Below are positions 8,456-16,888 of a stretch of DNA of 64,000 nucleotides, one piece after another. The stretch comes from Lentisphaerota bacterium (GTDB taxonomy: Bacteria; Verrucomicrobiota; Kiritimatiellia; CAIQIC01; JAGNIJ01). The notes under the pieces were generated by a model, which did not search any database, was not told the DNA's origin, and worked only from the letters and a program-made list of their open reading frames with translations. Each line of letters begins with the position of its first letter. Position 1 is the first letter of the stretch. Position numbers and translations under genes: made by a program. The stretch is from assembly GCA_052033915.1 (NCBI GenBank), contig JBPOJF010000006.1, forward strand, positions 275,544-339,543, read 5' to 3'.

Positions 8456-9661
8456 CTATTTCCCGAAAATACCTTTGAGGATGCCCAGGACGGATTTTCT
8501 TTCCCGCTCCTTCTGCTCCATGGCCTTGAGGCCATACCGGGCCATGCCCACGATGGCCGCATATTCCGGCGCTTCCGTGACGACGGCCAACCCCGCCACT
8601 CCGCGGGGCTTTCCGACACGGCAAGGCAGGCCAAACACCTTCTCCGCGAGCTTGACGATATTCTTCATGTGCGCGCAACCACCGGCAAGGACCACGCCCC
8701 CGCCGAGCGAGTGAAGAAGGTTCTTCTCCAGCAACTCCGTCTTGACCAGGTTCAGGGTCTCTTCCATTCGCAAGTGGGTGATGGTATGAAGGTCGGACAC
8801 CTTCACGGCGCGCTCCGCCAGGCCCGATTCGGCCGGCAGGGCGACTTTCTGCGATCGAGCGGCCATTTCAACCAGCGCGCTCCCATACTCCTCTTTCAGC
8901 CGCTCGGCCTCGGCCATGGGAATCCGCAACCCGCGCGCGATATCGTTGGTGGCATGATCGCCGCCCACCCCGAAAGACCCCGCCGCGGCAATCGCGTTGT
9001 GCGCATACACGACGTAATCCGTCGTGCCGCCGCCCAGGTCGATGACGACGCTGCCGGCCTCCTTGTCCTCGGCCGTCAGCACCGCCAGGGCCGCGCAAAG
9101 CCCTCCGAACGCCACATCCTCCACATCCACCTGCACGCTCCGGACCACCTTGACGACGTTCCGCAGGCGCATGAGCAGTCCGTGGATGATCAGCATGTCC
9201 ACGGACAGCTTGGCCCCCTCCATGCCTTCGGGATCGATCACGCCTTCCTGGTCATCCACGTGGAAGTATTGGCAAATCGTGTGCAGGACCTGGCGGTCCG
9301 TCGGCAGGTTGACCGCGCGAGCGGTCGCCATCACGTGATCGATATCCGACTCCGTGATTTCCTTTCGGGAGTTCATGATCGGCACGCTGCCGCGATTGAC
9401 CAGACTCGTGATGTGGCCTCCGGAGACCACGAGATGAATCTGGTTGATGATGACCCGGCCGTTTTCCTCCGCGAGCCGGAGCGCTTCGCGGACACACGCC
9501 ACGGCGTTGTCGAAATCGACAATCTCGCCCTTGCGCACGCCGCGGGAGGGACACTCTCCCAGGCCCGTGATCATCAAGTGGCCGTCGGCCCGCGATTCAC
9601 CGATCACGGCGCGAACCACGGTCGTTCCGATTTCCAAAGCAACAATCAGCGGAAGATTCAT
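8456..9661 (-). CDS. ftsA: Cell division protein FtsA
   Basis: Actin-like ATPase motifs (VALEIGTTVVRAV, DLGGGTTD, VVLAGGCAHM). It sits between ftsQ and ftsZ. Confidence 0.9.
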   Translation of the reverse strand: MNLPLIVALEIGTTVVRAVIGESRADGHLMITGLGECPSRGVRKGEIVDFDNAVACVREALRLAEENGRVIINQIHLVVSGGHITSLVNRGSVPIMNSRKEITESDIDHVMATARAVNLPTDRQVLHTICQYFHVDDQEGVIDPEGMEGAKLSVDMLIIHGLLMRLRNVVKVVRSVQVDVEDVAFGGLCAALAVLTAEDKEAGSVVIDLGGGTTDYVVYAHNAIAAAGSFGVGGDHATNDIARGLRIPMAEAERLKEEYGSALVEMAARSQKVALPAESGLAERAVKVSDLHTITHLRMEETLNLVKTELLEKNLLHSLGGGVVLAGGCAHMKNIVKLAEKVFGLPCRVGKPRGVAGLAVVTEAPEYAAIVGMARYGLKAMEQKERERKSVLGILKGIFGK

Positions 9662-9683
9662 AACCCAACCAGAGGGAAGTCCG

Positions 9684-10550
9684 TCACTGGTACTGCACCG
9701 GGAAGTTCTTGTCCACGGTCATGTCAATAGCGGCAATCGCCTGACCCATGTCGGCTGTATGTTTCATGATTTCACAAAGTTTCGCCAGCTTCACATCCAC
9801 GTTCTCGCGCGACAGCAGGATGCGCTCTCCCCTCTGCAGAGACACCTCGAGATACTCCGGATGGCTGACGTCCACGTTCTTGATCCTTAAAAACCGGCTG
9901 AAGGAGGGCGAGTCGCAGACATCGAGGATATGCAGGGCGTTCTGCACTCCGGGATCGCCCACTCGGGCGCCCGGCCGCAGACCTTTCTCCTGCAGGCCGG
10001 TGATCGACGGGAGCTGTTGGGACACCGACGTGGGGCCCAGCACAAAGCCGGCCTGGTCCACGGCCAGCGGATAGCCGGTGCTTTCCTCGCCCAGCCGCGC
10101 CGCGGGAATGCGTTCCGAAACCGTGACCTCGAGAGTGTCGGGGAGCTTGCGCCGCACACTGACGGCGCTGACGATCGGCACGCTCATCAGGTCGTCGCGC
10201 ACCTGGCCGAGATCGATCTCAAACAGGTTCATCCCCTCGTCAATATGCGCGTACTCGCGGATATGCTCGGACTGGAGCTTGCCGTTTGAACGGAGATGGA
10301 GATTCCGGATGGTGAAGCGCGGGTTCCGGGAGAAGAGGGACTGGCCGATGAGTTTCGTCCCCAGCAACGTCATCCAGATGGTTCCCGCGACGACAACCGT
10401 CACGAGGAGAATGGCCCCGACGCGGTGCGCGCGCTCCCTGCGCTGATCCCTCAGGCGCGCGCGGACCATCAGGATGGAATTGCGCCGGTTCTCCCGGCGG
10501 TTGCCGAACAACTTGCGGTTCGAGTACTTGTTGTCGTCGCGATACCACAT
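9684..10550 (-). CDS. ftsQ: Cell division protein FtsQ (POTRA domain)
   Basis: Single N-proximal TM (VGAILLVTVVVAGTIW) followed by a POTRA-like region. Position between ddl and ftsA. Confidence 0.75.
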   Translation of the reverse strand: MWYRDDNKYSNRKLFGNRRENRRNSILMVRARLRDQRRERAHRVGAILLVTVVVAGTIWMTLLGTKLIGQSLFSRNPRFTIRNLHLRSNGKLQSEHIREYAHIDEGMNLFEIDLGQVRDDLMSVPIVSAVSVRRKLPDTLEVTVSERIPAARLGEESTGYPLAVDQAGFVLGPTSVSQQLPSITGLQEKGLRPGARVGDPGVQNALHILDVCDSPSFSRFLRIKNVDVSHPEYLEVSLQRGERILLSRENVDVKLAKLCEIMKHTADMGQAIAAIDMTVDKNFPVQYQ

Positions 10551-10568
10551 AAGTCAATCACTCCGCGT

Positions 10569-11465
10569 TCAATGTACACAGGCCATGCGGATAATTCGAT
10601 CACAAAGCTCCGGAAACTCGATCCCCATGGCGCGCGCCGCCTTGGGCAGAAGACTCGTCTCCGTAAAGCCGGGGATGTTGTTCAACTCGAGCACAAACAG
10701 CCCGCCGTCCGGCGTCAGCCGGAAATCCACGCGGCCCATGTCCCGGCAGTCCAGCGCCTGGAAGGTCCGTTGCGCCAGCCGCCGGCATTCCGCGACGCAT
10801 TCGCCGGGAATATCCGCGGGCACGATGTACTGCGTCAACCCCTTCGTGTACTTCGCCTGATAATTGTAAAATCCATCCGGCGCCTTGATTTCAAGCACCG
10901 GCAGAACATCTCCACCCACCACTCCGACCGTCAGTTCACGGCCGGCGATGAAGGCCTCGACCAGCACCTCGCCGTCATGTGTCAACGCCTCCTCCAGCGC
11001 AACGGGCCAATCCGCCTCATCGGAAACAATATGAACACCAATGCTGGACCCCTGCCGGATCGGTTTCACGACCGCGGGGAGCGGCAGGGATCTGCCCTGT
11101 CCTTTCCTGAGAATCTCGTACTTCGGCGTCGGAATGCCGTTCTCCACAAAGGTCTTCTTGCTCAGAAGCTTGTCGAACGACCGCCGGCTGGCCTCCGGCC
11201 CGGAACCCGTGTACGGGATTCCGCGCGTCCGCAGGATTTCCTGTATCTGCCCGTCCTCCCCGAATTCGCCGTGCAACGCGACAAAAACCGCCTCGATCCC
11301 GTCCGGCAGTTCCAGTTCGCGCCCTTGGAGATCAATCTCGGCAACGTCGTAGCCCACGCTCCGAAGCGCCTCCGCCACGGCCCGGCCCGAGTTCAGGGAG
11401 ACTTCCCGCTCCGACGACGGCCCACCCATTAAAACGCCCACTTTCTTGAAACGTCTTTGTGTCAT
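10569..11465 (-). CDS. ddl: D-alanine--D-alanine ligase
   Basis: GVLMGGPSSEREVS, VALHGEFGEDG, PAVVKP..GSS and VLELNNIPG ATP-grasp motifs. Confidence 0.9.
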   Translation of the reverse strand: MTQRRFKKVGVLMGGPSSEREVSLNSGRAVAEALRSVGYDVAEIDLQGRELELPDGIEAVFVALHGEFGEDGQIQEILRTRGIPYTGSGPEASRRSFDKLLSKKTFVENGIPTPKYEILRKGQGRSLPLPAVVKPIRQGSSIGVHIVSDEADWPVALEEALTHDGEVLVEAFIAGRELTVGVVGGDVLPVLEIKAPDGFYNYQAKYTKGLTQYIVPADIPGECVAECRRLAQRTFQALDCRDMGRVDFRLTPDGGLFVLELNNIPGFTETSLLPKAARAMGIEFPELCDRIIRMACVH

Positions 11466-12904
11466 ATGTTCTCGTTGTTCCTTGTCGCGTATTCGTCACG
11501 CGCCCAACCCGCGATCTTCTCCACGTCGCCCGCCCCGATCACGAGCAGCACGTCGCCCGCCCCGATCTTTGCCTTCACATATCGCCACGCCTCGTCGAGG
11601 GATAAAAGATAGCGGGTCGGCACCTGCCCGAACGACTGAAAATGCCCGAAGAGATCCTCCGATGTCCCGCCCTCGAGAGGCGACTCGGAGGCTTCATAGA
11701 CGGGGACAAGAACCAGTTCGTCCAAACCCGCGAACGCGGGCGGAAAGGCCTTCCCGAGCGCCCGCGTCCGGGTGTAGCGGTGCGGCTGGAAGACCCCGAT
11801 CAACCGTCGCCCTCCGCACTGCATGGTCGTCCTGACGAGCGCCTGGATTTCCGTCGGATGATGCGCGTAGTCGGAAATCACCAGCAGGTCCTTGCGATCA
11901 ACCACCTTCTCAAAACGACGCCGCGCGTGCGTGAAGGTTGCCAGACCCGCGCAAACCCGGCCAAAGGACAATCCCAGTTCCATCGCGGCGGCGCACGCGC
12001 CCAATGCGTTGAGCAGGTTGTGGCGGCCCGGCACGGGCAGGGAGAGCGCGCCAAGTTCCGCCCCCTTCAAAAGGACGTTCGCGCGAATCCGCGAAGACGT
12101 CTCTTCGATCTCCGTCCCGCGAAGATGTGACGGCGCGGACAGCCCGTACGAAAAACCCTTCGGGTTCTTCCCGCACACCGCCGCGGCGCGCGGATCATCC
12201 GCACAGTAAACGATCCGCCGCCGCACGCCGTCGGCAAACATCTGGAAGCAGCCGACCAACATTTCCTCGTCGCGGAAATGCTCCATGTGATCGTATTCAA
12301 TATTCGTAATCACTCCGACGTCCGGCTCGTACAGGATCAATGTCCCGTCGCTTTCGTCGGCCTCCACAACAAGCACCCGGCCCGCGCCGGCCGCGGCGAC
12401 TCCGCCGAGGGAGGGGATTTCGCCGCCGATGCAGAAGCCCGGCTCCAGGCCGCTCATCGCCAGCACATGGGCGATCATCGCGGAAGTCGTTGTCTTGCCG
12501 TGTGTCCCTGTGACCGCCACGGACGTCCGCCCCTCCAGCAGGGCCGGCAACACCGCGCCCCGCGGGTAAACGGGAATGCCCGCCTTTTTCGCCGCGAGGA
12601 TTTCGCCGCTGTCGTCCGGAACCGCCGTGCTCTTCACCAGCCAGCCGGTATCGGGGGCAAGATGCGATGGGCTGTGCCCGCAGAAAACGTTCACGCCGCC
12701 GGACGCGAGCGCCTCGCTCACACGGTTCGGGACAAGGTCGCAGCCGGTGACGCGAAACCCGTGGGCGGCAAGGTGCACGGCGATGCCGGCCATGCCGATG
12801 CCGGCAACGCCGACGAGATGAACGTGTCCCGGACAGCCGGACAGAAGCCGGCGGATTTCGGCGACCTGTTTGCGGCCGGATTCAAGGTTACACAGTGCGG
12901 CCAT
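11462..12904 (-). CDS. murC: UDP-N-acetylmuramate--L-alanine ligase
   Basis: VHLVGVAGIGMAGIA and TGTHGKTTTSAM Mur-ligase motifs. It overlaps ddl by 4 nt. Confidence 0.9.
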   Translation of the reverse strand: MAALCNLESGRKQVAEIRRLLSGCPGHVHLVGVAGIGMAGIAVHLAAHGFRVTGCDLVPNRVSEALASGGVNVFCGHSPSHLAPDTGWLVKSTAVPDDSGEILAAKKAGIPVYPRGAVLPALLEGRTSVAVTGTHGKTTTSAMIAHVLAMSGLEPGFCIGGEIPSLGGVAAAGAGRVLVVEADESDGTLILYEPDVGVITNIEYDHMEHFRDEEMLVGCFQMFADGVRRRIVYCADDPRAAAVCGKNPKGFSYGLSAPSHLRGTEIEETSSRIRANVLLKGAELGALSLPVPGRHNLLNALGACAAAMELGLSFGRVCAGLATFTHARRRFEKVVDRKDLLVISDYAHHPTEIQALVRTTMQCGGRRLIGVFQPHRYTRTRALGKAFPPAFAGLDELVLVPVYEASESPLEGGTSEDLFGHFQSFGQVPTRYLLSLDEAWRYVKAKIGAGDVLLVIGAGDVEKIAGWARDEYATRNNENI

Positions 12905-13988
12905 ATTCTCCGTTCCCGACCTGAATGACCAGCGAAGCCAGGGATTCGGCGGCGCTTTGCATGGCGCGCGACCGCGATACGGCGCTCATCCGGGCCAGCC
13001 TGCCCGGCGTCTGCATGCAGCCCACGATGTAATCCGTCAGCCACGGCAGGCTCAAGTCCCGCTCGGGAACCACGTCGGCCGCTCCGGCTTTCTCCATCGC
13101 CCGCGCATTGACCATCTGGTGGTTCTTGGTGGCCTCCGGGTACGGCACCAGCAGGGCCGGCACGGCAAAGTCCAGCAGTTCCGCGCATGTCGAAGCGCCT
13201 GATCGGCAGATGGCGATATCCGCCGCCGCATAGACGGGGGCCATGTCCTGTTCGAAAGCGGAAACCACGGCATTCACCCCCGTATCCCGGTACGCCTTGC
13301 GGATCGTCGCCTCATCGGCAACGCCGGTGAGATGAATCACCCGGATGCGGTGCCCGCCCTTGTGGATCAGGATGACCGCGGCGGACACCAGATCGTTCAG
13401 CCGGTGGGCGCCGCGGCTTCCGCCCATCACGAGGAGGGTAAAGATGTCCCGGCCCGTCTCGTGCGGCGGAATGGTCCTGGCGGCCTTCTCGAGTTCCTTC
13501 CGGATCGGCATGCCCGTCACGACGATGTCCTTGCGGCGAAGGTAGAAACGCGTCTCCTCGAAGCTCCCCGCCACGGCCGTCGCCCACCGGGAGAACAGGG
13601 AAATCGTCCGCCCCGGCAGAACGTTCGCCTCGTGAAGCACGACGGGAATTCCAAGGGAAAGGGCCGCACACACGGGCCCGACCGACGCATAGCTGCCCAT
13701 CGCGAGAAGGACATCCGGGCGGTCCGGCCGCATGATCCGCCGGCAGGACTGCGCGGCACGAAGAAGCCGCCAGGCCGCGCGCACCGCGCGAAGGGAAAAG
13801 CCGGAGGGAAGCCCCTCGGCCTGCACCGTCACCACCGGGCCGGCCCAATCCTTTACGGCAGGCGTCTCAACGTCCTTCCCTGCCAGCCACAGAGTAATAT
13901 CGTGGCCGCGCTGTCTCAGACTGTCGGCCGTCGCCAATCCGGGAAAGATGTGGCCCCCGGTTCCGCCGCATGCTACTGCAATTTTCAA
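12888..13988 (-). CDS. murG: UDP-GlcNAc--undecaprenyl-PP-MurNAc-pentapeptide GlcNAc transferase
   Basis: MKIAVACGGTGGHIFPGLA N-terminal GT28 motif, with LVMGGSRGA C-terminal domain. Confidence 0.9.
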   Translation of the reverse strand: MKIAVACGGTGGHIFPGLATADSLRQRGHDITLWLAGKDVETPAVKDWAGPVVTVQAEGLPSGFSLRAVRAAWRLLRAAQSCRRIMRPDRPDVLLAMGSYASVGPVCAALSLGIPVVLHEANVLPGRTISLFSRWATAVAGSFEETRFYLRRKDIVVTGMPIRKELEKAARTIPPHETGRDIFTLLVMGGSRGAHRLNDLVSAAVILIHKGGHRIRVIHLTGVADEATIRKAYRDTGVNAVVSAFEQDMAPVYAAADIAICRSGASTCAELLDFAVPALLVPYPEATKNHQMVNARAMEKAGAADVVPERDLSLPWLTDYIVGCMQTPGRLARMSAVSRSRAMQSAAESLASLVIQVGNGEYGRTV

Positions 13989-14117
13989 GTTGTGGCCTCT
14001 CGTTCATTCAAGAAAAGAAATTCTTCACCGCAGCGAAACTCTTTCGTTTCCCCTGCTTCGCTTCCTTCGTTACTCCTGCTCCATCCGCTTGCCCGTATTC
14101 GCCCCAGCGGCCTCGCC

Positions 14118-14645
14118 CTACCTGGCCCCCTCGCGTTCGAGCAAAAGCCTTTTCCACGGGAGCCCGCCGGTGAAGCCGCCGAGCGTCCCGTCTCTCGGCA
14201 AGACCCGATGGCAGGGAATGAAGAGGGGCAATGGATTCGCGCCGCATGCACGGCCAACCGCGCGCGATCCGCCCGGCCGCCCGATTCTCTTCGCCACCGC
14301 TCCGTACTCCAGGGTCGCCCCCCTCGGGATCGCCTCCAGGGCCCGCCACACCCGCAGCGTGAACGGCGTCGCCTCCGGCCATACGAACGCCGGAGGCTCG
14401 CACTTCCTCCCGCCCAGCATGTCCTTCACAAACCGTTCCGCCTTCCGAAGAATCCGGTCATCGGCCGTCTGCACGGCCGCGATCCGTGAGCCCATCCACC
14501 GGAACGGTCTGCGCGGTTCCGCAGCCAACGAAGGAAGCCTGCATGCCGTGATCTTCCCATCCCGGGCATGGATGCGGATGCTCCCCCACGAACTGTCCAT
14601 GCACAGGTGAGACATCCGGTTTTCAGAGGAACGCAGCTTGCTCAT
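14118..14645 (-). CDS. ogt: Methylated-DNA--protein-cysteine methyltransferase
   Basis: PCHRV active-site motif with an RAVGRACGANP helix-turn-helix context. The start is chosen at MSKLRS; the ATG at 14615 (MSHLC) is also possible. Confidence 0.75.
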   Translation of the reverse strand: MSKLRSSENRMSHLCMDSSWGSIRIHARDGKITACRLPSLAAEPRRPFRWMGSRIAAVQTADDRILRKAERFVKDMLGGRKCEPPAFVWPEATPFTLRVWRALEAIPRGATLEYGAVAKRIGRPGGSRAVGRACGANPLPLFIPCHRVLPRDGTLGGFTGGLPWKRLLLEREGAR

Positions 14646-15184
14646 TTGAAGACCATGCGAAAAACAACGAACGCGACGATGATCACGACCACCAGCATGA
14701 AGACCGCCTTGTTGCGCTGAACACTCTTCTCCTGCTTCATCGGGCGACTGCCCAGAAACCCGCCGCTGGAGAAGTAGTTGGCAAACCGCTGATCCTGCGT
14801 TACCGCCCTGTTCTTCGGGCCGGGGGCAGACTCCTGCAACGACGGCCCGAAGATCTTGGGAGGCCGGCCCAGCGACTGGCGTTCCATCTGCTCCGCGCGA
14901 GGCGCCCACTCGAACAGTTCCCCGTGCGGGCTCGCGGAGCGGGGATCGGACGGGACCTCGGTCCTTGGCGGCTCCCGCGTGGAGGCGACGGGGTCCTTCC
15001 GCATCGGCGGAGGCACACGCCGTTCCTCCCGCTTCAAGGACTTCAGCCGGGGCATGTTGATGTCGTCGGGATTCTTGATGGCCTTCGCCAGCGCCTTGAT
15101 GTCGTCCCGGACAAGCTCCGACTCTTTTTTCAGGTCCTTGAGACGGCGTTCCAGCGCGGATTTCTTTCCTCTCAGGGATCGCAT
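14642..15184 (-). CDS. Hypothetical tail-anchored protein with an N-terminal coiled-coil and a single C-terminal TM helix
   Basis: A charged heptad-like N-terminus (KSALERRLKDLKKESELVRDDIKALAKAI) and a hydrophobic C-terminus (AVFMLVVVIIVAFVVF). It is co-directional with the dcw genes. The coding call is tentative. Confidence 0.45.
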   Translation of the reverse strand: MRSLRGKKSALERRLKDLKKESELVRDDIKALAKAIKNPDDINMPRLKSLKREERRVPPPMRKDPVASTREPPRTEVPSDPRSASPHGELFEWAPRAEQMERQSLGRPPKIFGPSLQESAPGPKNRAVTQDQRFANYFSSGGFLGSRPMKQEKSVQRNKAVFMLVVVIIVAFVVFRMVFK

Positions 15185-15229
15185 AGTAGCTGTCTTGCGC
15201 CTTTCAGAACCGGCTCGGGAAATCCGGGG

Positions 15230-15985
15230 CTACATCCACCCGCTCGAACGAAGGATCAGGATGACCGCCGTCACCGCGACGATCACCACGATCAGCGGCA
15301 GACTGACCGCGAAACCTACCTTGACCCAGTGGCCGAACGACTTGTCGGATTGTTCGGAGCCGAACCGGCCCTCCTCGAAGATCACCGGCTGGTGCGGAGC
15401 GCCGCCGGGCTTCGCCGGACCGCTCAGCGTGTCGATCCGCGACATGGATTTGTTGTACTCCATGCGCGCGTCTTCGATCACGGTGATCGCCTTGTTCAGT
15501 TCGTCGCGAAACTGCTCTTCGCCCCAAAGCTCGTCGTTCAACGACTGGACATCCGTCAGCAGCGCCTTGAAACGCGCGCGCGTGGCGCCGAAGAGTTCCG
15601 CGAGGCGCGTGGCCTGCAACTCGTCCTTTTCGAGGGTCAGGAGACTCTGGTTGAACCGCTCGATCATCTCCCGCTTGCCGCGCTCGTACTCCTCCTGCTT
15701 CCGCCGGATCTCCTCCAACTCGCGTTTTTCCTTTTCGAGATTTTCCTGCCGGGCGCGCAGGCGCTCGAGTTCCTGCATGGCGGTCACGACCTGCTCGTCC
15801 ATGTCCTGCTTGTGCCTCGCCATGCGGGTGAGATTGAAGTCCGACACCGGGCGAACCGGCACTTCGTCGGCAGACGGCATGCTGCCGAGGGTTACGACCG
15901 GCTCATCGCCCGGCCCCAGTTTGATGCGCTTTGCCGCATCACGTTGCTTGACCAGATCGTCGTCAAAAAAATCCGTGTTGGCCAT
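15230..15985 (-). CDS. Hypothetical tail-anchored coiled-coil protein
   Basis: A long Glu/Arg/Lys-rich coiled-coil (QELERLRARQENLEKEKRELEEIRRKQEEYERGKREMIERF) and a C-terminal TM (VGFAVSLPLIVVIVAVTAVILIL). Confidence 0.5.
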   Translation of the reverse strand: MANTDFFDDDLVKQRDAAKRIKLGPGDEPVVTLGSMPSADEVPVRPVSDFNLTRMARHKQDMDEQVVTAMQELERLRARQENLEKEKRELEEIRRKQEEYERGKREMIERFNQSLLTLEKDELQATRLAELFGATRARFKALLTDVQSLNDELWGEEQFRDELNKAITVIEDARMEYNKSMSRIDTLSGPAKPGGAPHQPVIFEEGRFGSEQSDKSFGHWVKVGFAVSLPLIVVIVAVTAVILILRSSGWM

Positions 15986-16051
15986 GGGTTCGCTCCCTGC
16001 GGTGTAATGTCTCTTCTCGTTCTCGCGTTGTGTTCCGGCCCCGCTTCCGCG

Positions 16052-16777
16052 TCACCGGGGAATGATCAATGTCTGCCCCGGCCGCACGCTCTGCGGGCTC
16101 GTCAGCGTGTTCCGGTTCGCCTCGAAAATCGTTTTCCACTTTCCGGGGTCGTTATACATCTTCGCCGCAATGCTCGACAAGGTGTCTCTCGACTGCACCA
16201 CGTACGTCCGGACGGCGGCCTGCGCCGGCGCCGGTTTCGGAGGCGCGAGCGCCGGGACATCCGTGGAAGCGGCGGGCGCCGTATTCGCGGCGGCGGTTCC
16301 CCCCGCGCCCTGCGACACGGCCAGTTGGCCTTTCAGCGCGCTGATCTCCCGCTTCAGCATCGCGATCTGCTCGATGGCCCCGGGCGGCTGGTTCGGCAGG
16401 GAGGCCGCGAAGGAAAGACGGGCCTGGCGGACGAGGTCCTCGATCAGTCTCCTCTTTTCCGCTTGCGGCCGCAGTTCCAGGTAGCGCTGGTAGTGGTAAA
16501 TCGCCCGGATGTAGTCCTGCTTGTGCGTGTCGTACAGCAGGCCCAGCTCCAGGTGCGCCCGCGCGAGGTCCGGTTTGCGGGCCAGCGCCTTGTTCAGCAG
16601 GTCGATCGCCCCGTCGATGTCGTCCATATTCTTCCGCACCAAGGCCCGCTTCAGGTACGGATCACGCTCGTCCCGGTTGTCCCGGCTCGCGGTCCCGCCG
16701 GAACAGCCTGTTTGCGACACGGCCAGCGCGGCCACAAACGCAACCGTCAACAGTAGAAAAGATAATCTCTTAAACAT
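16052..16777 (-). CDS. Lipoprotein with TPR repeats and a C-terminal LysM peptidoglycan-binding domain
   Basis: Signal plus a lipobox-like QTGC, TPR-like helices (AIDLLNKALARKPDLARAHLELGLLYDTHKQDYIRAIYHYQRYLEL), and a LysM segment (YVVQSRDTLSSIAAKMYNDPGKWKTIFEANRNTLTSPQSVRPGQTLIIP). Confidence 0.75.
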   Translation of the reverse strand: MFKRLSFLLLTVAFVAALAVSQTGCSGGTASRDNRDERDPYLKRALVRKNMDDIDGAIDLLNKALARKPDLARAHLELGLLYDTHKQDYIRAIYHYQRYLELRPQAEKRRLIEDLVRQARLSFAASLPNQPPGAIEQIAMLKREISALKGQLAVSQGAGGTAAANTAPAASTDVPALAPPKPAPAQAAVRTYVVQSRDTLSSIAAKMYNDPGKWKTIFEANRNTLTSPQSVRPGQTLIIPR

Positions 16778-16888
16778 GTGTTCTCCCTAACATCGGACCT
16801 TCCAAAAATCAACCCTATCGGCATCGCGGAAACGCATCCACCACCGCGCGCCCAAGCCGACGCGACTTCGAAATCGCATCGACGCAGA

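Noticed and set aside
7230-8678. Full 482-aa ftsZ ORF with 75 extra N-terminal residues
   Set aside because: The extension is Arg/Gly-rich and overlaps the 3' end of ftsA in another frame. FtsZ families start about 12-18 aa before the GGGGSNAV strand, which fits the Met at 8453.
14856-16756. Two overlapping long plus-strand ORFs (383 and 610 aa)
   Set aside because: They are antisense to the tail-anchored coiled-coil ORFs and the LysM/TPR lipoprotein. They are Ser/Arg-rich low-complexity translations with no domain. The minus-strand products show coherent coiled-coil/TM and LysM features.
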